Part shown: positions 1-5,754 of the stretch, piece by piece
How positions within the stretch are numbered: the stretch's first letter is position 1
How the letters are laid out: each line of letters begins with the position of its first letter
Source: an uncultured Deferribacteres bacterium
Lineage (GTDB): Bacteria > Zhuqueibacterota > Zhuqueibacteria > Zhuqueibacterales > Geothermadaptataceae
Assembly: GCA_964014485.1 (NCBI GenBank)
Contig: CAXHAT010000240.1
Coordinates: 1 to 10,519 of the forward strand
Reading direction: 5' to 3'
DNA: 10,519 bases
Notes under the pieces: generated by a model
Databases searched by the model: none
Told to the model about the DNA's origin: nothing
Seen by the model: only the letters and a program-made list of their open reading frames with translations
Position numbers and translations under genes: made by a program

Positions 1-26
1 AATGGTGTTGATGAAGTAAGCTCGAT

Positions 27-60
27 AAAAAATGCCCGGGGCTTGGGAGGCGCCGGGCAT
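27..60 (-). terminator. Intrinsic (rho-independent) terminator of the NlpC/P60 lipoprotein gene
   Basis: ATGCCCGG (32-39) and CCGGGCAT (53-60) form a perfect 8-bp inverted repeat, extended inward by GC/GC after one mismatch. On the minus strand the stem runs into a T6 tract (A27-A32). It lies 28 nt past the stop codon at 89-91. Confidence 0.75.
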
Positions 61-88
61 ATAAAACAGGCCATAAAAATTGGCGGGT

Positions 89-871
89 TTACTCTAAATT
101 CTTCCGGTTGAAGAAATCATTAAGATCAATGTAACCAATCCACTGTTCAGTCCCGTTGCCCAAGGGCGGGTAGGACGCGCGCGACGGCTTTCGACCATGC
201 CAATTGGTAATTGACGCGACCTTGCCGGGACTGCGTCCGTGAAACAACCGGTAGCTCTGCACAACGTCGTCTTTGTTCCGCTCGACGCTGTACACAACGC
301 CCATGTGATTGATCGACCTAAACAAGCCCTGCAATGTAATTTGACTCAGTTTTTTCCCCTGTCCCCCGTAAAACATCACAACGCCGGGCTTAATATTTTT
401 TGCTTCTATGAATGGTTCGTGTACAATTTGCAAAGTATCTTTTTCTGCGAACCAACGCGCCAAATCCCGCGTGCTGCGATAACGATGAATCTCAGGAATT
501 TCGATGTTGGGAAAGATTGCTTGAACGCTTTCCAAAAAACGAAAAAAGACGCCTGAACAATCGCGCTTTTCAGAACCTATCGTTGAATACATAAGCTTCA
601 ATTTTGCCAAAGAATCAATGATAGACTCAAATGTTGGCGTGAAATCGATTTGAGTATCAAGTCCCGCAATCGGTTCGACCAGCGTATCAATGGCGGTTGT
701 TTCTTCGGATAAGACAGAGTCGGGCAGGGCGATTTCTTTCGAATTGACGTCTTCCTCCGCAATGATCTCCCTGGAATCGACAATTTTGTTCTTTCGACTG
801 CCGGAACAGGCGGTCAGCACAATGCACGCGCCCAAAGTCAAATAAATACAGAAAGATTTGATTTCCCTCAT
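89..871 (-). CDS. Lipoprotein with a C-terminal NlpC/P60-superfamily (papain-like) cysteine hydrolase domain, 260 aa; probable peptidoglycan peptidase/amidase
   Basis: The ORF track gives 89..955. The ATG at 871 gives MREIKSFCIYLTLGACIVLTAC, a clean lipoprotein signal with lipobox LTA-C22 (Cys codon 806-808). An acidic low-complexity linker follows, then RDCSG (Cys 557-559), IKPGVVMFYG, INHMGVV (His 305-307) and LFHGR (His 239-241). This is the DCSG...PG.xxFF...H.G....xH order of NlpC/P60. Confidence 0.75.
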   Translation of the reverse strand: MREIKSFCIYLTLGACIVLTACSGSRKNKIVDSREIIAEEDVNSKEIALPDSVLSEETTAIDTLVEPIAGLDTQIDFTPTFESIIDSLAKLKLMYSTIGSEKRDCSGVFFRFLESVQAIFPNIEIPEIHRYRSTRDLARWFAEKDTLQIVHEPFIEAKNIKPGVVMFYGGQGKKLSQITLQGLFRSINHMGVVYSVERNKDDVVQSYRLFHGRSPGKVASITNWHGRKPSRASYPPLGNGTEQWIGYIDLNDFFNRKNLE

Positions 872-989
872 AGTTTTCCCCGGGATTTTAACAGGTGTGC
901 GGCCTATTGGGGCTGAGCATTCAACCACTCGCCTAAAAAATATTTCTATACTCAAAATGATGTGTTTTTTGCCACAACTTCCTGAACTT

Positions 990-1020
990 TTATCTATCTA
1001 TCAATCGATCATATAGATAA
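990..1020. promoter_or_regulatory. Candidate operator: 8-bp inverted repeat in the divergent promoter region
   Basis: TTATCTAT (990-997) - 15 nt - ATAGATAA (1013-1020). It overlaps five tandem NATC units (991-1010). The region is AT-rich, so chance cannot be excluded. Confidence 0.3.
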
Positions 1021-1069
1021 TCGGAACGTTTTGGGAAAAACCGTGACCATTTTGTCTCCATTTTTCTAA

Positions 1070-1210
1070 GAGCGTATTTGGAAAGTCCAAAATTGTCATG
1101 CTGTAAGCATCTTTTTTAGGCTTTTCCGCAAAAATTGTGGGGATGTTCATGTCTGGCGACCCAAAAAGATTCCTACGGAATGACAAGACAGGGACTTACC
1201 AAATGTACTC
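1070..1210. mobile_element. MITE-like non-autonomous element, 141 bp, with IS5-family-like ends
   Basis: Left end GAGCGTATTTGGAAAGTCC (1070-1088) matches the reverse complement of the right end (1192-1210), GAGTACATTTGGTAAGTCC, at 15/19 positions. TAA lies immediately outside both ends as a direct repeat (1067-1069, 1211-1213). A second internal inverted repeat is present and there is no transposase ORF. Confidence 0.7.
1093..1186. repeat. Inverted pair of 24-bp REP-like units (TTGTC-hairpin-CTTTTT) nested inside the MITE
   Basis: TTGTCATGCTGTAAGCATCTTTTT (1093-1116) versus the reverse complement of 1163-1186, TTGTCATTCCGTAGGAATCTTTTT: 20/24 identical. Each unit is itself a 5-bp hairpin with a GTA loop. 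Confidence 0.8.
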
Positions 1211-1272
1211 TAAGTTCATTAAATTGCGTTACGGTTTTCATAACACCTTGTTGGCTAAAGGACGGCTTTCTT

Positions 1273-4200
1273 TTGAGACAAAAACGCAAAACGCTCGCAC
1301 GCTTTTTCATTTCCCTCGCTTGTTTAGCCGGGCTGGTTAACAAAGCGCCCGCACAGCAGCCCATCTACCCAATCATTTTTGTGCATGGCCTCGGGGGCAA
1401 CGACCGCACGTTTGAAGGCACGATCAATTTTATGGTCGAAAACTTTGGCTGGGACAATCCCTACCCGGACGATCAAGGCGTATTTCATGCCGTGCTCAAC
1501 GCTTCCGGTGAATCGACGATTTTCAGCGATGACGTGTTGACCGAATTCGGAAACGCGACGAACGATTTGTACAAAGGCAAAATTTATGCGATTAATTTCG
1601 AAAACTGGTGGAACGCCGAGACCGGTGAATTGATGCTGCGGCAGGATCGCAACGACGACCGATTTTCGGAAAGCAACGAGGCGGCAATTTTAAAACAAGG
1701 GTTTGCTCTAGGCAGAATGATTCGCCGCGTTCTCGAAAAAACCAATGCGGAAAAAGTGATTCTCGTCGGGCACTCCATGGGCGGGCTTGCTTCGCGGGAA
1801 TACTTGCAGCGGGACGATGAAAACGGCTCGCCGAAATGGTGGGTGACGCCGGCAAACGAAGACGGACACCGTATCGCCAAACTCGTGACTACCGGAACGC
1901 CGCACGCCGGTTCGAATATGACGGAATTCGGAGCCGTCATCGGCCTTAATCTAAAATCGGAAGCCGGACGTGATTTGGCCTACAATTATTTTTTCTCAGG
2001 GCCGCCCGACCCCGCCAATGATACAGGGATTTATCTCTTCGGCGGCTTCGAAACCGGCGTGCCAGTGGTTGAAACGACCAATCAACAAGCGCAAAACGTC
2101 TTTCTGAACAGCGATGTCAATGCGAACGGCAAGTTTGACGATGAGATCATCGGCCTAAACTCTTTTCAGGCCGTTCGGCTGGATAATCCACAAATACCTT
2201 TGCCAAGAAACGTCGATTATACCTGGATTACTTCCGACGTGCTCGGCGTCAACGGCGACGGCGCGGTTAGAATTGACAGGCAATATCTCGACAGCGTCGG
2301 CGACACGCTGCTGATTCGCAAAAACCATATCCAGGAAGGCGGCGATGCTCGTTCAATCATCCGCGCGCTCGATGAACCGGACGTTTTTGAACTCGCCTAT
2401 GAAATAAAAACAGAAACCCCCTACCACGTTTTTTCCAACGTTCCTTCGAAGAGCGAATTGCTTGACGTTGACTGGTTCATTTTCCGCCAGGACGCCGAAG
2501 TCGCGCTGGAACTCTCGCTGACAAACGTACCGCAAAACGGGCAAAACGCAACCGTCAGTCTCTCCTTATTTTATGCCGATAGTCTGGAAGATGCGGTCGT
2601 CTCCAAATCGAATGACGCAGGCGCGCCAAACATTCTCATTTCCACGACGGCGCTTGCGCCGGGGAATTACGCCCTCCGCATCAGTTCCGACGCTCAGATG
2701 CAAAGCTGGCGCTCGCCGATGACCTTAAGAATCAATCCCAAAACTGCCTTCTCTCCAGAATATCTAAAAATCACCGAATCTCCCGGCAAAGCAGCGCAGG
2801 CCGCCATCGACGTGACTGCTGAACAAAACAGCCACGTTGTCTGGCAGGACGACCGTGACGGCAATTGGGAAATCTATTTTTCTATCCTCAGCAGCGCAGG
2901 AAATTTTCTTGTGCAAGACGTCCGCGTCACAAATACATCTTCAAATTCTACAAGGCCGGACATTTCGTTAGACGCAGCGGGCAACAACCATGTTGTTTGG
3001 CGGGAAGGCAGTGAAATCTGGTTCTGCGTTCTCAATCCGGCGGGCGGCAAGCTTACAAAGAATACGAAAATCTCGGACGGATTGTCGAAAAATCCGTCCA
3101 TAGCCGTGACTGCCGAAGGTCGCAGCCAAATCGTTTGGGAGCGTCAGCAATTTTCATCTTTCTACGTGTATCACGCTCAGGTTGGCCAAGACGGCGTGAA
3201 ACTGTCGCCGGAAGTGCGGCTCTCCGACTGGGACATTATCGGCGGTTTTGAAAAACGCCCCCGCGTCGAGCTTAATGCATCGGGCCAAAGTTTTGTCGTT
3301 TGGCGCGATTGGTACGTGAATCTTTTTCCACGCAATCAAGCTTTGTTTCTCGCACGCGTTGCTCCGGAAGGCAACATCACGGGGCAATGGCGGCTCATGA
3401 ATCAAGACAATACGCTTGATCCTGACATTGCGATAAATGACAAATATTTTTATTTCATGCACTCCGATGAGCGCAACGGCGAACGCGGCGTTTACTCAAT
3501 TCTGGATTTTGAGCAAGATGAGCGCATCGACAACGGCGCGGTGAATCCAAACACGCCGGTTGTTGCGGCGGATGCGACGCACAACGCGTACGTCGCCTGG
3601 CGCGATGAACGCGACGGCAATGAAGAAATCTATTTGGCGCACTTAACGCCGGAGAAGCAGACGCTCGGCGATTTTAGAGTCACAAACACTCCGGGCGTTT
3701 CATCAAATCCCGACATCGAAATGGACGGAACGGGGGAATATTTTCTCGTTTGGCAGGACAATTCTTCAGGAAAATGGGAGATTTTTATTTCACGCGGCCC
3801 CGGAGAATTTACACCAGTTTCCCCGCCTGATCTGATCATTTCGCAAATTGACGCGCTGCTTGCCGGAGAAATTGGCGCTGAAATTTCCGTCGCTCTCACG
3901 GTTGACTTGCTCGAAGGCCAACTTACAAACGGGACTTACGTCGAAGTTTTTCTCTACGCTTCAGCCGATTCTGTATTCAGCGATGATGACGAACGTATTG
4001 GCCAGTCGACGGATACGCAATTTTTGAACGACGCTTTGAATAGCGAAAAAATGGTGACGCAAACCATCACGGCGATGCTGCCCGCAAACGCTGGAGAATA
4101 TTATTACCTCGCCGTCGTCGATCCAACGAATTTTCATTCTGAGACCAACGAAGAAAACAACCATTCTACCGGAGCCAGATTTGTTGTAGATCCAGAAGAA

Positions 4201-5655
4201 TCCGAGCGTTTTATTTTGCATTTTCCGTTGAAAGAGCAAGACCCGTTTTCCGCCAAAATCACGTCCATTTTCGATCATTCATTTCCTGAAAACAAAAATT
4301 TTTATACAGATAACGGTGAAACGAGAGCCTACACCGGCGAACTCGGAAGCCGTGATTTCGATGAATCGCCTGTTATTCTCGGCAGCAAGATTCTCTACGG
4401 CTTTGCACAGAATGATGCATTATCAGAATTTTTTGTTAATGGAATGTACACCGGCGGAGGAGATGCACGCTACCTTTTTTATGACGGCCATCCCGGCTTT
4501 GATTACAGCGCCAGATCAACTGAAATCATTATTTATGCGCCTGCAGACGGCGAAGTTTTCGTACCGACCGCAGGCGGCGACCCGGTCAATGGTTCTCCGG
4601 CAACCTTCAATTCTATTGCCATTCAGCACGATGAGACGTATTCGACCTGGTATTTGCATAGCAGCCAGCATTTACAAACTTCCGGGCCGATCAAGACCGG
4701 CGAACCGTTGGCGCATGTCGGCAGTCGAGGCGCGAGCAGCAACCACCTTCATTTTGAAATTAGAAAAAACGGCGTTCCAGTCGATCCCTACGGTTGGCAA
4801 GGCATCGGCGACGACCCAGATCGACTCGTTCGCGGGGTGACTAACGAATTTCTTTGGCACAACACGACCAAACAAGTCGAGTGGCATTTCACCGAAACGT
4901 TTGAAAAATGGCGCACGCGCGACGCTTTGAACAAAGGCATAAATGCTGCCCTGGGTGACAAATGGGTGCTCGAACCCGGCAAAGACCCTGGCGTTATCAG
5001 TCCGGAACTTTTGTGGATTGAAGCCCAGAATTTCAAGAAAATCGAGCTTCGTATGGGCGCAAAAGGCGGCGGTGAATCGCAGGCCAGACTTTTTTTTAAG
5101 ACGGCGCATCATCAGAATTACAGCATGGTGCGCAGCATCGTTTTCACAGGCAAGGTTATCCGCGACGGCGACCAGCGCGTCTACACGGCAGACCTTTCGC
5201 AACACCCGCTTTGGGACGGGCGGATCGTGGAAATTCGCATCGATCCAGTGGAAAATGAACTGCCACCGGAGACGGACGCCACGATTTTCATCGACTACAT
5301 CAAATTTATCCCATTGGTCACGAGCGTCAAAGACGAGCGGCGTGTATTGGCGCCGAACGAATTCCGCTTGTCTCACAGTTTCCCCAATCCGTTTCTACAC
5401 GCTACAACCATCCGCTTCTCAACTTCGCAAAACAAGCCGGTTCGAATCGCGGTGTACAACATTTTAGGTCAGCGCATTCGGACGCTCCTGGAAGCGACGG
5501 TCACGCCCGGTGATCACGCTGTCAATTGGAACGCTCGAGATGAAAACGGCGCTCGCGTCCCGCCCGGCGTTTATTTCGTCGCATTGACTGCTCCCGGCTC
5601 ACGTATCGTTCGAAAAATGATCGTGCTTTCTTCAACCGGCGGCGTCAATAAATGA
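1273..5655 (+). CDS. Secreted multidomain protein, ~1460 aa: alpha/beta-hydrolase (lipase/esterase, PGAP1-like) + PPC-like domain + beta-propeller repeats + CARDB + M23 metallopeptidase + beta-sandwich module + FlgD-Ig/T9SS type A sorting-like C-terminal domain
   Basis: The track start (1135) falls inside the MITE. TTG at 1273 has AAAGGA 10 nt upstream and gives a Sec signal MRQKRKTLARFFISLACLAGLVNKAPA|QQ. Hydrolase motifs: PIIFVHGLGG (HG 1384-1389), GHSMGG (1768-1785), GTPHAGS (1894-1914), GDGAV (Asp 2257), KNH (His 2326). PPC-like: DVDWFIF...LAPGNYALRI (~2464-2685). Seven P.I....G..hVVW.D repeats (~2764-3798). CARDB: PDLII...VDPTNFHSETNEENN (3826-4161). M23: HPGFD (4489-4503), YLH (His 4657), HLH (4744-4752), VDPYGW. 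C-terminal domain: TSV...FPNPF...T.IRF...VYNILGQ.IRTL...W...G..VPPGVYF...RKM (~5320-5630). Confidence 0.88.
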   Translation: MRQKRKTLARFFISLACLAGLVNKAPAQQPIYPIIFVHGLGGNDRTFEGTINFMVENFGWDNPYPDDQGVFHAVLNASGESTIFSDDVLTEFGNATNDLYKGKIYAINFENWWNAETGELMLRQDRNDDRFSESNEAAILKQGFALGRMIRRVLEKTNAEKVILVGHSMGGLASREYLQRDDENGSPKWWVTPANEDGHRIAKLVTTGTPHAGSNMTEFGAVIGLNLKSEAGRDLAYNYFFSGPPDPANDTGIYLFGGFETGVPVVETTNQQAQNVFLNSDVNANGKFDDEIIGLNSFQAVRLDNPQIPLPRNVDYTWITSDVLGVNGDGAVRIDRQYLDSVGDTLLIRKNHIQEGGDARSIIRALDEPDVFELAYEIKTETPYHVFSNVPSKSELLDVDWFIFRQDAEVALELSLTNVPQNGQNATVSLSLFYADSLEDAVVSKSNDAGAPNILISTTALAPGNYALRISSDAQMQSWRSPMTLRINPKTAFSPEYLKITESPGKAAQAAIDVTAEQNSHVVWQDDRDGNWEIYFSILSSAGNFLVQDVRVTNTSSNSTRPDISLDAAGNNHVVWREGSEIWFCVLNPAGGKLTKNTKISDGLSKNPSIAVTAEGRSQIVWERQQFSSFYVYHAQVGQDGVKLSPEVRLSDWDIIGGFEKRPRVELNASGQSFVVWRDWYVNLFPRNQALFLARVAPEGNITGQWRLMNQDNTLDPDIAINDKYFYFMHSDERNGERGVYSILDFEQDERIDNGAVNPNTPVVAADATHNAYVAWRDERDGNEEIYLAHLTPEKQTLGDFRVTNTPGVSSNPDIEMDGTGEYFLVWQDNSSGKWEIFISRGPGEFTPVSPPDLIISQIDALLAGEIGAEISVALTVDLLEGQLTNGTYVEVFLYASADSVFSDDDERIGQSTDTQFLNDALNSEKMVTQTITAMLPANAGEYYYLAVVDPTNFHSETNEENNHSTGARFVVDPEESERFILHFPLKEQDPFSAKITSIFDHSFPENKNFYTDNGETRAYTGELGSRDFDESPVILGSKILYGFAQNDALSEFFVNGMYTGGGDARYLFYDGHPGFDYSARSTEIIIYAPADGEVFVPTAGGDPVNGSPATFNSIAIQHDETYSTWYLHSSQHLQTSGPIKTGEPLAHVGSRGASSNHLHFEIRKNGVPVDPYGWQGIGDDPDRLVRGVTNEFLWHNTTKQVEWHFTETFEKWRTRDALNKGINAALGDKWVLEPGKDPGVISPELLWIEAQNFKKIELRMGAKGGGESQARLFFKTAHHQNYSMVRSIVFTGKVIRDGDQRVYTADLSQHPLWDGRIVEIRIDPVENELPPETDATIFIDYIKFIPLVTSVKDERRVLAPNEFRLSHSFPNPFLHATTIRFSTSQNKPVRIAVYNILGQRIRTLLEATVTPGDHAVNWNARDENGARVPPGVYFVALTAPGSRIVRKMIVLSSTGGVNK

Positions 5656-5658
5656 TTT

Positions 5659-5700
5659 AGCCTCGTGTTGTTTTCATTTTCAAAAACAGGCTTTTTTCTT
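5659..5700 (+). terminator. Weak candidate terminator after the multidomain gene
   Basis: AGCCT (5659-5663) and AGGCT (5688-5692) enclose imperfect GTTTT/AAAAC pairing, followed by TTTTTCTT. The stem needs a bulge, so it is not canonical. Confidence 0.25.
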
Positions 5701-5754
5701 ACATCCCCCCGCTTTAAAAAGAACTTTTCCCCTATCTTTTCAACTGCCCGACCT

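Noticed and set aside
872..955. 28-aa N-terminal extension of the lipoprotein ORF in the track
   Set aside because: The ATG at 871 yields a canonical-length lipoprotein signal. The extension starts at a TTG and has no signal-like features.
961..976. TGTG-N8-CACA resembling a CRP/FNR-family site
   Set aside because: Both half-sites deviate at the fifth position (TGTGT/CCACA). It is too short to support without genome-wide data.
1070..1210. Possible riboswitch, tRNA or CRISPR mini-array
   Set aside because: The repeats are inverted rather than direct, there is no spacer series or cas gene, no cloverleaf, and no riboswitch consensus I can recognise. An Rfam search would be needed to exclude an ncRNA fully.
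1001..1364. Small ORFs 1001..1186(-), 1137..1340(+), 1173..1364(-), and the first 46 codons (1135-1272) of the large ORF
   Set aside because: They run through the inverted-repeat element, show no recognisable domain, and are far too short for a transposase.
4201..4500. Lower GC (hand count 131/300, about 44%) at the start of the M23 module as a sign of recent module acquisition
   Set aside because: The segment is short and rich in Phe/Asn/Tyr/Ile, and other parts of the window are similarly AT-rich. It is not distinguishable from amino-acid composition effects.
4316..5467. Overlapping ORFs 4316..4840(+), 4943..5467(+) and 4672..5376(-)
   Set aside because: They are alternative-frame or codon-register antisense shadows of a well-supported CDS and carry no motifs. 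The main frame is uninterrupted, so no frameshift needs to be invoked.
5665..5754. 30-aa N-terminal extension of the hydantoinase/oxoprolinase ORF
   Set aside because: It is Phe/Ser/Lys-rich translation of T/A-tract intergenic DNA. The family motif begins shortly after the ATG at 5755.
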